Positions 13,024-25,620 of a stretch of 64,000 nucleotides of DNA are shown here, piece by piece. The stretch's first letter is position 1, and the number at the start of each line of letters is the position of its first letter. Source of the DNA: Camelus ferus (taxonomy: Eukaryota); assembly GCF_009834535.1 (NCBI RefSeq), contig NC_045697.1:105588001-105652000 (forward strand). The letters run 5' to 3'. A program made the translations under genes and the position numbers. The notes beneath the pieces are model-generated. The model worked only from the letters and a program-made list of their open reading frames with translations, was not told the DNA's origin and ran no database searches.

Positions 13024-13700
13024 ATAATGAATGAATCCTGTTAGGTCTGAATTTGCAATCAAGGAAGATTAACAACTCAAAGCGCTTAGTGATTTGAGCG
13101 AGGGTGAGCACTACAAGTACACTTGACAACCAGGCTCTTAAAAAGAAGACCATTAATGAAGTGCATCATTCAAATATGAAACCCCATGGACTTCTTGTAG
13201 TCACTTTACCAAGCCTTGACCCTGTGGCAAGACAGCCTCCAAAATTTTTGGTTTGTCTTGTTCTGGTGTGGAAGAATGTGAATGTTTTTCTTTGAGGGCA
13301 AGTTCAGATTTTCTGATCAGCACTAGGCTCCCATGGTCATTTGTCCTGGGGGCAAAGAGGCCCCCACTGCACGGAATCTATCATGCTTTTCTCTGCTTTT
13401 TAATGACAGAAGAGGGGGCAGTTTCAACGTGGTCAATTCCTTGTCTCAGCAGAGGTGGGGAAATAGTGCCAGAATTGTCAGTTTGTTCATCCTTTATTAA
13501 AAATTCCCTGCCTACTCTTTCCTGCTTATGCAACAAATTCTCCATCTTTTTTCTTGTTTGCCCAATCCAGTCTTCTGGAATTTGTGTATCTTTCTTCATA
13601 CACATTTCCCTGAAGACATTCCAAGGATAATTACATAAGCATAGCTTTTAATTTTTTAAGAAATAACACTCAGGGAGTGCTATATTTAAAACATTAAAAA

Positions 13701-14118
13701 TTTTTTTATTTAAGTATAGTTGGTTTACAATGAGTCAATTTCTGGTGTACAGCATAATGTTTCAATGATATATAATATATATTCCTTTTCATATTCTTTT
13801 TCATTATAGGTTATTATAAGATATTGAATATAGTTCCCTGTGCTATACAGTAGGACCTTGTTGTTTATCTGTTTTATATATAGTAGTTAGTATCTGCAAA
13901 TCCCAAACTCCCAATTTATCCTTCCACCCCTCGTTTACTTCCCTGTTAACTATAGGTTTGTTTTCTATGTCTGTGAATCTGTTTCTGTTTTGTAAATAAG
14001 TTCCTTTGTGTCATTTTCTTAGATTCCACATATAACTGATATCATATGGTATTTTTCTTTCTCTTTCTGGTTTATTTTATGTAGTATGACAATCTCCAGG
14101 TTCATCCATGTTGCTGCA
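13701..14118 (-). mobile_element. Young L1 3' UTR fragment
   Basis: Reverse complement of the same 3' UTR as 9600-10040 ('tatagttccctgtgctatacagtagg...ttagattccacatata...catccatgttgctgca'); poly-T at the left end. Confidence 0.93.
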
Positions 14119-14199
14119 TGGAAACTTCTTAATTATTAAGAAATAATACTTAGGGAATGCCATATTTAAAATATTTTAAATTCCAGTTAAGTGCAAATA

Positions 14200-16550
14200 T
14201 TACTATAGGACATAGACATGAAATGTTATGAGGAATATCTGATTGGTGAGCATTAGATCACTTTATATTATGTTTATAGATACATACCTGCACATGACTA
14301 TGATTATTTCAGGATTAATTTTTATAAGTGAAATTTCTGGGTCAAAAGGGTACATGTTCACAAGGGGTTGGAGCAAACTTGACCCAAGAAAAGATGAATT
14401 AATTTATAATTCTACCAATAAGTGTGCAAAGAACTTACTTCTTTATAACTTTGCTAAACGTAGATATTATAAATAAACACAATCTTTGACAATTTGTTAG
14501 ATAAAAGATGTTATCTCCTTTTTAAAAATGCACAAATCACATATTTGTTAGGTTTCTTATAATACTTTTTGCCATTCTGTATATTGAAGTTTTTGTCTTA
14601 TTTATTTCTAAGAACTTTTTATATATTAAGAATATTGAAAACATTTATTATTATTATTTATATCTAAATCATATTCTCTAGTTTTTAATATGGCTCTAAT
14701 TAAAAGAAATACATGTTTTAAGTATATATGTAATGAGTATATTAATATTTTTCTTAATTTTTTTCCTAGATGCATTGATAGCATGCGTAGAAACTCTTTA
14801 TGCTAAATTTGTGTAAATGTTCCCCTATAATTTCTAATAAAACATTTTGTTTATTACTTCAATAAAATTTTTATTCAATCTGTAATGTGTTCTGGGGTAT
14901 ATTTTGAGGTTACTGATCCAGTTTTTCTCCTCAGTAAGTCCCCTGCTAAATTTATTAAACAAACTGTCCCTTTTCTCCTGATTTAAAGCACTATCTTATG
15001 CCATACTGAATTCTTAAATGTGCTGGTTCTTAGCCTGTTTGTTTTCATTGGTTTGATTCCTTGCCTCTATGATGTTTTGATTATTGCAGATTTTAAAACA
15101 TTTTATACATTATGTTTAGCTCTTAATTTGACTTTATTTGGTAAGAGCATATTGTTCTCAAACAGGAAATAATTTCTAAATTATTCCATTTGTCAAAACT
15201 GTTTAATCTGGAGTTTTATTCCTAAGATACTGCTATCAAGTTGTCTTGAATTAGTATTATATTCCTAAATTATTTATAACACATGTATTCATCTCCAAAA
15301 CTATATTAGCTACAGTTTTCTTAGTTTTAACAATGTTTAACTGGTTTCAAGTCATTATGTTGCCTCTAGTAGATAACATATTCTATATTTCCCAGGTCTT
15401 TGTTTTGATTCCCTTTTTAGTGAGTTTCAATTAGATTTGGAATAATATTTTGTTTTCCATGGGTCCATCAATAGTATCCTTTATTAGCTTATACACAGAC
15501 ACGTAAGTGAACATAAACACACGTAGGTATATATCTAAAGTTCTATCCCTGTTGCTAGTAAGTTCATATTTTAGATGGGTATAGACTTTTGGGGATATAT
15601 AATTTTTTTCCTTAAAAATCTCTGTAGATGTTACTTTTTAGTATAATTCTTAACTTTGATTTATTATTCAGATGGCTCTAGAATACTGCTTATTTCGTCC
15701 TGGAGAACTGTATTTTAGTATTTGACCAATTGTATATCTTAGATGATCACTTTGTTATTCTCATGTAAAATGACCATTTTGATACATTTACAACTATTAA
15801 TTACTCCATTGTCTTTCACATTCTGTGTTCCTGAGTATATATCTGAGACTTTCCTATTTTTTTTTATGTAGCATACTATTTTTTCTGCCTATAAACTTGT
15901 TCTTTGTTTTGATAATTAAAATTTTTCTTTAAGAGAGTTTAGGTAGTTGGCATCTTTTCGGTAAACCCCCCTGCAGCAGGTCCCACATACTTAGTGTGCT
16001 TGTACTGCAGTTTCAAAAGGTTTTCTACAATTATATCCTTGATTTTAATGGTCTGGTTTTTTTCTTGGAATTTTTGTTTTGCAGTCACTACATTGTGAGT
16101 GATTTTCCAGGTTTGTACATCTCATCACTGATTTGATTTTTCTGTGCTCTTCATTGTACTCTATACTGACTTTAATTAAGATTTTAATTATTTTATTGAA
16201 ATGCTATTTTTCTTGCATTATTCCCTTACTTCATTCCAACTCAAGGCTTGTACCTGGACCTTCTTTCTATTCTGCATTTCAGTCATGTTCAGTTTTATTT
16301 CAGTACATTATTTAATTTGTTCCTCTAATTTAATGGAGAGTGTGCTTTCAGGAAACTTCTGATAACATCAGGTGATGCTTTCTTATAACTATAAGTCTTC
16401 TGTACCTTGAGTGTATCTTTTTCATCTTTCCTGTATAGAACCTCTTCAAAATTTTCTAATATTTTAAATTTATAATTACCCATTCTTGAATAAAAGATAA
16501 TTTCAAGCCCAATGTTTGTCATGAAGCCACTTAGCTAATTGTGTTTAGAT
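14200..16550 (-). mobile_element. Ancient L1M fragments (3' region then ORF1/HAL1-like region)
   Basis: T-rich decayed sequence with L1-antisense motifs ('aagtgaaatttctgggtcaaaaggg', 'ctttttatatattaagaatatt'); boundaries approximate. Confidence 0.5.
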
Positions 16551-17149
16551 GTCTCTTGTTAGACCTTAAGCTAGTAGTTGGATGATGTGCACAACCATAA
16601 GCCTTGTTTTGGAGGGTTGTGGTAATTTGAACAGCATCAACTCTATTGGTCTGTAGAGGAATCTTTTAGTGCTGTGCCAAACTTATGGAAGGTAATTGTT
16701 CCTTATATGTTTCTTCCTCTGTTGAAAACAGTGTATTTAAAACTTCAGTCCCCTGAGCTGCTCTGAGAGATGTCACTGTCTCTGTCTCTCTTAAGACCAC
16801 CTTATATCCCAATGTGCCATTACCTCTTCATTTAAATCTGACCATTGCTACGCATTCCTGAAATTGTTGTTCCTTAATAGAAGAAAAGCAGGAAGAATTA
16901 GTGTGAGAGAGGGATGAGCAGAAATGGGGAAGTCTCTTGGGTGCTAGGAAGGAAGATTGATGTGAACATCAATTAATACTCAAAATATTACTGGTGCAAC
17001 TATGCATCTCTATGTGTGGTGTGAGGGTGAGGCCAGTGTCCTCAGAAGACAGAACATGTATATAGGTCAATAGGTGGGAGAGCCTGGCACTGTGAGCAGA
17101 CTGTACGAATGGACTGTATATAGAAAAGGGTCAGAGGAGATGAATTCAT

Positions 17150-17500
17150 CACTGTGTAGTGTTTATATTGAAGAACATATTGAAACGTTTAAAGCAGATG
17201 TATGACATGGTGGGACAGAAAGAGCTCTTTTGCAATAACTTGACTGGAACAGGAGAAGACCTCTGATGGAGAGAGCACATGGGAAGTCGTTGCAATGGTC
17301 CAGGCAAGAAAAAGGTAACAGCCGGGAGGGATAATGAAAGACTGTGATTGGAATAGAAGGCAAGGGAAAGGGAAGAATCCAGAACGATCCTTAACGCATT
17401 TGGTTCATGTCCCAGGGTCAGCGAGTGTGACATTCTCCAAAATAAACTGGCTTGTTGGAGCCGCAGTATGATGTGGTAATGAGTTCAATTTGGAATTTCA
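17150..17500 (-). mobile_element. L2 fragment
   Basis: 'gtttaaagcagatgtatgacatg...gttgcaatggtccaggcaaga...aatgagttcaatttgga' is typical antisense L2. Confidence 0.6.
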
Positions 17501-17739
17501 TTAGTGATTTCATATAGATAATTTTCTACATGGGCAATGATTACTTCAACGTCAGTGGCGCAAACAAACAAAATTGTCTCCAAGGACAAAATGAACTGAA
17601 TTTTTAGCATGCACGTACTGCCTAGTTAAACTATTTGGGTGATGGTATGTTCTTGTTAAGGCCAATGAAAGGGAAGAAATTAACCAGCAAGATCAGTATT
17701 CAAATCAGGGTTGAGTTGGCAGCATGAGGGAGTGAGAAG

Positions 17740-17930
17740 GAGCTTAGCTTAGGAAAACAGGAAATTAATATCCTTGAACTGAGTTTACTCATTAACAGTA
17801 GGATTTGGGGCAAGGCACTTAGTCATTTGGTTCCTCAGTTCCCTGTTTGTAAAAGATAGATGATATCATCTTTCAAATTATTTCACAGTCTTAAGATTTG
17901 AACCAGATAGTTGATATGGAAATTGCTTCC
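17740..17930 (+). mobile_element. MIR SINE
   Basis: 'ttggggcaaggcacttagtcatttggttcctcagttccctgtttgtaaaa' MIR core. Confidence 0.6.
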
Positions 17931-19117
17931 ATATGCTAGTTTCATATCTGGAATGTTGAGAAGCAAAATATTAGGTATTTGTTGGAAATTTGCATTAGGG
18001 GCAAACATTTTCTGGTGGACTACCCTATCATATAAATAAGACTAGGCTTCTGTGCATTTTAGTGCTACCCTTGACAAAAGAATATATTTAATTCATTTTT
18101 TAACACCATAGTTTGGAGACTAGGGCATTGCAAATGTGAATTATGACACATTAAAAATAAAATAAAGCTAAATGGCAGTACTTCGCACCAGAGAGGATAT
18201 TTTTGGCCATCAATTTTTTAATTAGCATTTTTCTTTATTAAAAATACAAGAAGAGAGAAAAGAAAATAGTTTTGCATTCAATATTAATATAATTTTCAAC
18301 TCCTGGCTGTGATTACATCATAAATATCACAGCCAAACTTCTTACAGAACTAAATACAGAGCATTTCATAGTCTTTCAAACAAGTTCACATAATTAAGAA
18401 AGTGTTTTTCACATGAAATAGAATTATCTCGTTTACTCTGCTGTATTTACATATGTCTTTCATGAAGAGCTGTTTGGCAGTAAACCTAGCTGTTCTTTAA
18501 ATAAGCAAACCAAAATACTTCTTCAGAGTCTAAAGTTCTGCTAAGAGGGAAAAATCCACACCAATTTGCCTCTGAAAAGATATTATCACTGCTCTTTTTG
18601 TTGGTCTGGAGACAAAATATTGGAGAAAATGGAATTTTACCAAAAGCAAGTTATGAGTTCTCTTCTACTGAATCTTATCCTACAGTTTTTTTTTTTTATA
18701 AACCAATAAAAATTAATAGATTCAGGGAAAAAATCCCTACTTATTTGCCACAAAGTATTTTGGAATAAAGAAACTGATCATTATTTACCTAGTTTCAACC
18801 CTAGGTAAGCTCTCCTTGGGCTGAAGTCCAAATGAAAGGCTTACCCGCTGCAGACCCACTGTATACACGAAGCTATACATATTCAAAACTCAAAACACAC
18901 TGGCCCCACTTCTGACTAGTAGATGTTATTAATTAGTGCCCACTCAGCACTGTGGGTTTCATTATCAAATTTAAATTTGGGGGTGTGTTATCTTTCAGAG
19001 ATTCCATTTCAGTTCTGTTGTAAAAAAAAAAAAGACGTTTTAACAGTTGCGGTTTTGAGAGTCACTTTCCAGGTAGTGTCTCTGTGTCCAGTACATTCCT
19101 TTGATGCCAGGGAATTA

Positions 19118-19360
19118 GCCTAGTGAGTGGTTCAGAGCCGGTCTTTGCAGTCAGGCTACCTGGGTTTGAATCCGTGGCTCGGCCCAATAGTAACTATATG
19201 ACTTGAAACATACTGCTTTCCTTTGCTGTGCCTCAGTTTCCCTAAGGATAAAATGGGAAAAATAATAGTAGCTATCTTATAGCTGAGAGCATTATATTAG
19301 TAAATACATGAAGTGTTCTGGACACCTGGTTAGTGCTCAATATTTATAAACTATTATTTT
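19118..19360 (+). mobile_element. MIR SINE, near full length
   Basis: tRNA-like head 'gtggttcagagc...ctgggtttgaatcc', core 'ctgtgcctcagtttccc...taaaatggg', tail 'gtgctcaata...ctattattt'. Confidence 0.85.
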
Positions 19361-20103
19361 TATTATCAGCTCAGAGAGGATTCTTATAATATGAAGATGA
19401 TGACCAATAAAAAGGAAAAGATTAGGCTCTTTGCCTGGTGCTTTGGATGCTGTAGGGATTTAGGGAAGGAGGAGTACATTGCTGATGGACTCTACCAAGC
19501 GATGCCGCCTCTTGGGAGTCAATCTTGGAAAACCAAGAGGAGGAGGAGTGTATCACTGTATCCCTAAAATGTTGGCCATCTAACTGGAACCTTCAGTTCT
19601 TTTCTTATTGGTAAAATTCGTTCCCATATAAATCCCTCGTCTCCCCCTCCCTGCCCCCGCAAACTTGCAAAACCCACATGCCTCATTTGAGAAATACATG
19701 TGCCAAGTTTGAAATTTTAAAATTCAAACTCCTTTAATTTTTTTTGCATACACATAAATCCTGGCAAATTTCAATGATGGTTAAAAAAAAAACAAAACAC
19801 GTTTTTGCTTGTTGGAATGCTATTATCACTCCAAACGATTGAACAGATTTCCTCAGCCTTTCTAAATGTAATTCATTTCTGAGAAGACAATAAGGATGCA
19901 GAATTTCTTCCTCATGGGTCATGCTGGGGAGGCTCAGAAAGGACTGAGTTTGCGCACATAACATATGGAAAAATTTCCTCTCATCCAAAACTGGTTATTT
20001 TATTTTATCTATTCCTCTTTTCAAAACTCCCAATGAGACAACAGAGCCTTGGCAAAATGAAGGATGAGTTTCAGTCGCACCCTATAATCCTCACATAACA
20101 CGT

Positions 20104-20436
20104 TATGATGGATAGTTTTGTTGACAAGTTGGGTAGGCTCTGTTTCCCACTTTGCAACCACACACTCATCTAGGTGTTGCTGTAGAGTTATTTTGTAGAA
20201 GTGGTTAGCATCTGCAATCAGTTGTCTTTTAGTAAAGAAGACTGTCCTTGATAATGTTGGTGGGGCTTATCTAATTGGCTGAAAATTTTAAAACTGAGGA
20301 TGCCCTGAAGGTAAAATTCCATGTGAGAACTGCTCTGTCTGTTCCTACCCTAGAGTTTCCACCTTAATAGGCCTGTCTTTCTGATTTCAGACTTTGCCCA
20401 ACCAAACCCCATCATCTCAGAAGACAGTTCCTTGAA

Positions 20437-20491
<55 letters not shown>

Positions 20492-20556
20492 ATCAATCCA
20501 TCTATCCATCAATCACTGGTTCTGTCTCTTTCTCTGGTAGAATCCAGATTGATATA
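20104..20556 (+). mobile_element. MLT2 (MLT2D-like) ERVL solo LTR
   Basis: 'atctaggtgttgctgtagagttattttgtagaagtggttagcatctgcaatcagttg...agtaaagaagactgtccttgataatg' and end 'tggttctgtctct...gaatccagattgatata'; internal microsatellite at the usual MLT2 position. Confidence 0.85.
20437..20491. repeat. (ATCT)13 tetranucleotide microsatellite inside MLT2
   Basis: Read directly. Confidence 0.95.
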
Positions 20557-20675
20557 CTCTTCATCTCAAGTATGATATAAAATACAAAGTACCAGTTTCA
20601 CTAGCCCAGGACTTTTTTACTTAAATAGCTTAAACAACGCTGCTTATTTTCAGAAGAATTGAAGCATTTGACATG

Positions 20676-20890
20676 TTTTTTTTTTTAACTTTTTATTAAA
20701 GTATTACATGTACACACATGGAGAACACATATCAAACTGAATGCATTTCTGTAACCAACACCCAGATCAAGAAACAACATAATCTGCACATAGGAAGATG
20801 CCTTAGTGTTCCTTGTCATCATGACAATCTCCCTTCCCCCGCCAAGCATAACCAGTGTCCTGACTTCTAAGTGCATAGGCCAGATATGAG
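20676..20890 (-). mobile_element. Old L1 (L1MC/MD-like) 3' end
   Basis: Poly-T then 'ctttttattaaagtattacat...tgtaaccaacacccagatcaagaaaca...aaccagtgtcctgacttctaa'. Confidence 0.75.
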
Positions 20891-22499
20891 GCATAAGATT
20901 TTAAGTATAGTTAAGTAAATTTGGTTTAAGGATGGATGTCATTATCTTGAAACCTTAGGTGAGGTCTTGAATAAAGAGACAATCTCATTGCTCAGAGGCT
21001 GCTGTTTTGTTAGAACTCAACTAAAATTTAGAGCAATAATGAGTTTTTTTCTTTCTTTCTTTCTTTTTTTTTTTTTTTGGTTTTTTACTACCTTTAAGTC
21101 TTAGTCACCAGAGAGGTTTTTTTTCTTTTTAAATGTGTATTATGAACTCTACTCAGATGAATAAAGAAAGTTAAGTCTACAAAGCAGAGCATATTTAGTA
21201 ATATCCTCACATTACTTAATAATTAATTCCCTAAAATTACTTGCATAAAATGGAAATCTGTTTCATTTCAAACTCCAAGCCAATTGTAGTGGCCTTACTG
21301 AATACTCCAGCTTTTCTATGGAGACACATAGATCAATTTCTTTGCAGAAAAGGGACCTTCCATGATACACAACATAAGACGACGTTCTTATTGTTGATAT
21401 TTACAAGATCGATTATTGGTAGCACTTCACCAAATTTGCGAAGCTCCTCTAGGCTCCTGCTGCTGTTTCCTGGTGTCACATATGCAATCAATCCACAACT
21501 CCTCAGTGGCAAATTGACTCACAATAATTTCCCACTTGTACATTTTCAAATTAAATAAATATCAGAAGATTCTTGTGTAACTAGCATCATTTCAGAACAT
21601 GCAGTACAAAAACTCCACCTGAGTGGTGGGAAATAGGGCCTCCATATGCAGAAAGGGTTTATTGAAAGATGAATCCTTAGGAAATGAAGCCAGGAAAATA
21701 CTCTAACATTCCTGTGTCCACTTTCTTAAGTACAGCCTCCTCTCGCCAGGAATATCCAAGACACCCATTATAGCATCCTTTCTCTTGGTCAATTGAGCAC
21801 TCAATCTGATGCTTCACTTGGAGGGCACTACTCAGATCTAAATAGACACACTCCCCAAATCCTTTAGGTGATAAAAAAAAATGTCATGGTGTTTGATTTG
21901 GTGACATGAGAAATTATGAAAGGGATCAGGAGAATGAAAACCTCTTTTTAAATAGCTTGGCCATTCTAGCTCTCAGGGTGGTGATGAGAACAAAATCAGA
22001 TGGAGCTGGCTGTTGAGGATGTCCACGTTGATAAAGCGTGTGCACTTACATCACAGTTGTACAGGTTCATGTCTTCACAAATACACCAAAGACTCCTTGA
22101 GGGAAAGATACCTTCCCAATAGGGTTTAGTGTTGCCCCCAAGTGCCCAGGAGGCTCAATCAGTACATGTTTCATGGATTAAAAAGAATAACCATCATTCA
22201 CTTTTAAGTATTGACCCACTAAAATTAGAGCAAATTATGTAATTTTTGAGGCTGAATACTGTTTATCCTCCAAAAGATTTAGAGTTCCTGACCATTGCCT
22301 AATCTTCTAAAGCAAGAATAAACAGAACAAATCTAAATAAAGCCTTGATTGTCAACACCTGGGATGCTACAGCGTGTTCTGGTTTTTTTCATCTTGAAGA
22401 AACAGAAGATCAACAGAAATAATCAAAGGGATTGACTAGTTTTCTTGTAGAAAATGGTCAAGAGATCATGAGAGAAGTAGGAAAAGCACATGAAAAAAT

Positions 22500-23875
22500 C
22501 TTATAAAATTCTTGATCTCATCTCTTCCTTTAGTTCTCAACCTTTCCAACAAAACTTGAAAAGCTTATCCATTCTACTTGGATCTAATTTCTCTTCCCCA
22601 TGCTCCCTCAGACCCTCCCTACCCTACCTTTTGCCTGCACCAAACCTGCTGTACCAAAACTCACCTTCAGGGGCCACACATCTCAGGCCTCCTGCTGACT
22701 TACCATTTGACAAAACTGACGAGTCTCTCTTTTTTGAAGTTCTGGGCTTAGCTTCTAGCACATGCTCTTCAGAACATTCCTCTGCCCTTCTCCTTCTCGG
22801 GTTTTGTGCTGATTCCCCCTCATCCCTCAGACACCTTAGGGGTGTTGGGGGGCCCAGAACCAATTCTTACCTTTTTTCCTCTCTGTCTACATCATCTCCT
22901 CAGTCTCATGGCCTGCATTACCTTCTGTATGTTGATGACCCTCAAACTCACAGTCTCAGGCTCTCCTCTGCCAAGACTCCCAGGTCCAGCTGCATAGTCA
23001 ACATCTTTCATGGGTATCTAACAGGCACATCCACATTTATGTGTCCAAACCCACCTCTCTCTTCTCCCAAACTTCTCCTGATCTTTCCCTGCAAACTTGT
23101 TTCTCGTGGATTCCTTCTTATCTCAGACCCAGACCAGAATCTCATCTTTAATTTCTCTCTTTTACACACTGCATCCAATCTATCAGCAAATCCTATGGCT
23201 CTATCTTAAAAATGTCTTCAGAACTTAACCATCTCTCACCAGTTTCACCGCTAACATCATCTCTCACTTAGATGGTTGCCATTGTCTCCTGACCAGAGCC
23301 TCTCTGCTTCACCCTTGCCTGCCTATGGTCCTTTCTCAATACAGCAGCCAGAGTGGTCCTCTTAGAGAATAAGCCAGATCATGTTACTCTTCTACTAAAA
23401 ACCCTTCATTGGCTTTCCAGCACACTCACAGCAAAATCTGAAGTCCTAACATAGGGCCTGCAAGAGCCAAGATGATCGGGCAACCTCATTTCTTGTTATT
23501 CTTTTCTCTCCTGGTCCTACTGGCCTCCTGGCTGTATGCTCAGGATTTCTGAACTTTCTGTCTCCTCTGCATGAAACACCCCTCCCCAGATATCACTCCC
23601 TCGCTTCCATCAAATGAGCTTCTCAGAGAGACTTTCCATCTCTTACCATATTTAAAATCACAGCCACCTCCACATTCCTTATCTCACTTTCCTGCTTAAT
23701 TTTTCTCCAAAATACTTATGAACATGTGGCATACTATATATTTTGCTTATGTGTGATGCAGGATGAAAGTTCCAGGAAGGCTGGAATTTTTTTTTTTTTT
23801 TTTTTTTTTGGTTATTGTTCTCCAATAGGTCCTATCCCCTAGAATTTTAAGTATTGAAGTTATTTGTTGAATGAC
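22500..23875 (+). mobile_element. L2 LINE, RT region through 3' end
   Basis: Decayed RT motifs FDKTDESLFFE (cf. FDTVDHSLLLE), SHGLHYLLYVDD (cf. SHGF.YHLYADD; tat gtt gat gac at 22928-22939) and GVLGGPEP in another frame; ends 'tatttgttgaatga'. Confidence 0.9.
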
Positions 23876-25454
23876 TGTGGGTCTTCCCTTCTCTCTTCCC
23901 TCTCCTGCCCTCCTCTCTCCTCTCCCCTCCCCTCCTTTCCTCTTTTTTCTTTTTGGTCTAGATTAATTCTTTTGATAATCTCCCCAGTTACACGGCTTGA
24001 AGGACCCCAAGAAGTACAATCTGAAACTTGTTTAAAAATGATTGCAACATAACATATATATTAGAGCCATCTGCTTCTATTGAGAAAAAGAGCCAGGCAA
24101 CATAGAAATAAAATGTTGTTTCAAGTTGTTGGTCATTACCATTTGGGACTTATTCCTACTACCAACAGCTTTTCTCGATCTCTCATCATGTTTGCTTGGC
24201 TTATTAGAATAGCCTCTTAGTTGTTATCTGTAACTCCTGTCTTTTCTTCATGTAGCCGCCAGTGTAAGCATATCACACACATTTAAGTGTATTTCTTTGG
24301 TTTCCTATAGAGGAGGTTGATCAAAGTGATAATGATGATCAAGGTATAGAATCAAATTTTTTGAAACTGGAAATGAGCCTTTTTCTTTTCCTCAAAGACA
24401 AATATCTATTTCCTATATGAGTTAACTAACCGTGGTAAGGAGACATTTCAAAGAATGCTATGTTATATTTCCATTGTTTAAAAGACACTTCATCATGTTG
24501 CAACTAGAACTTTCAAACATCTCATTCTTTTAAAGAAAGTAGAAATAAAACTGAAACCCATCCTGAGGAACATGACATGCTCTTATAACTCTGTGGATTT
24601 TTGCTCATCACTGGGCTCTGGGTTGGGTTTGGTTGGCATCTTCTTTGCTAAGAGAGTCATCAGGGAAACCCATGTTAGCTGGAGCCACTTCTTGGTTAAG
24701 TGATACAGCATTTGAGTGGTGCAGAACATGGGCCAGTTTTTCTTGCAGGAAACACAAAAGTAGAAGTGTTTTCCAAATCTTTCTATACTTGAGTGACATT
24801 CTTCACTGGCCCAAACTTCTTTGGCTAATTGATTCTCTAAACAAGACCTCAGCCAACCTTCAGAGCAGCTGTTTCTGGAATAACGGAGCCGGGGAAGTGA
24901 CGGAATAACTGTGGCTTGAACAGGCATGCATTTGCTCTCCACAGCATTCTAAACTGCCTTTTCTGAAAGGGTTGCTTTTGATGACCAAATGCATCTTGTT
25001 TTCTCTTGGTTAAAAGGGGGGAAAAAAGAAAGAAAGAAAGAAAATATAGCCCTATTTTTTAGACCATGATAACACAAAGCAGTCACTGGGAAAATTGGCA
25101 AGAGTGAGTCGAATTCCTAATAGGCTAACCACTGTGGCTTGGGATATTTCTCTGAGAAACCCAGTAATTCCTGTTTCATTTTGGAATAGATTCCTTTCCC
25201 CCAGTGGTATTCCAGAAGCCTTGCTGTCTGTTTCAATTACAAATCCCCAGTCTTCTCATCACAGACTCAGGGCTATCACTGACTTTGGGCAATTTATGAT
25301 CAAGCCTAAAGCATTTAGCTAGTGAATTGTACCATTTGTTGAACATGTAAAAATCTCTGACACTTGGGGCCGAAATTAAAATGTCATTTAGTAAATGAGT
25401 ATGTTAATAGCCAGGAAATCTCTTAAGAGAGATAACCAGTGTCTTACTTAAAAC

Positions 25455-25620
25455 CATGGCATTTTAGAGCTGGAAGGAAATTTAGTGATCATTTTCTTTA
25501 ACTCCGGATTTTACATATGAAGAGACTGAGGCCAAGGGAGATTAAGTAGCTGGCTCAAGGTCACACCTGGCTTCAGCAGAAAGTCAGTCACCTAATTCCC
25601 TCCCAGTGCCTATTTCGTGA
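25455..25620 (-). mobile_element. MIR/MIR3 SINE
   Basis: 'ttttagagctggaagg...ttttacatatgaagagactgaggccaagggagattaagtagctggctcaaggtcacac'. Confidence 0.75.

Noticed and set aside
18304..18335. 10-bp inverted repeat tggctgtgat/atcacagcca as a miRNA or structured RNA (similarly 56856-56890)
   Set aside because: Stems are too short for a pre-miRNA, and a few such stems are expected by chance in 64 kb.
24583..24942. Cluster of three overlapping ORFs (up to 119 aa) in unique sequence
   Set aside because: No recognisable domain or convincing paired splice sites; lengths are within chance expectation.
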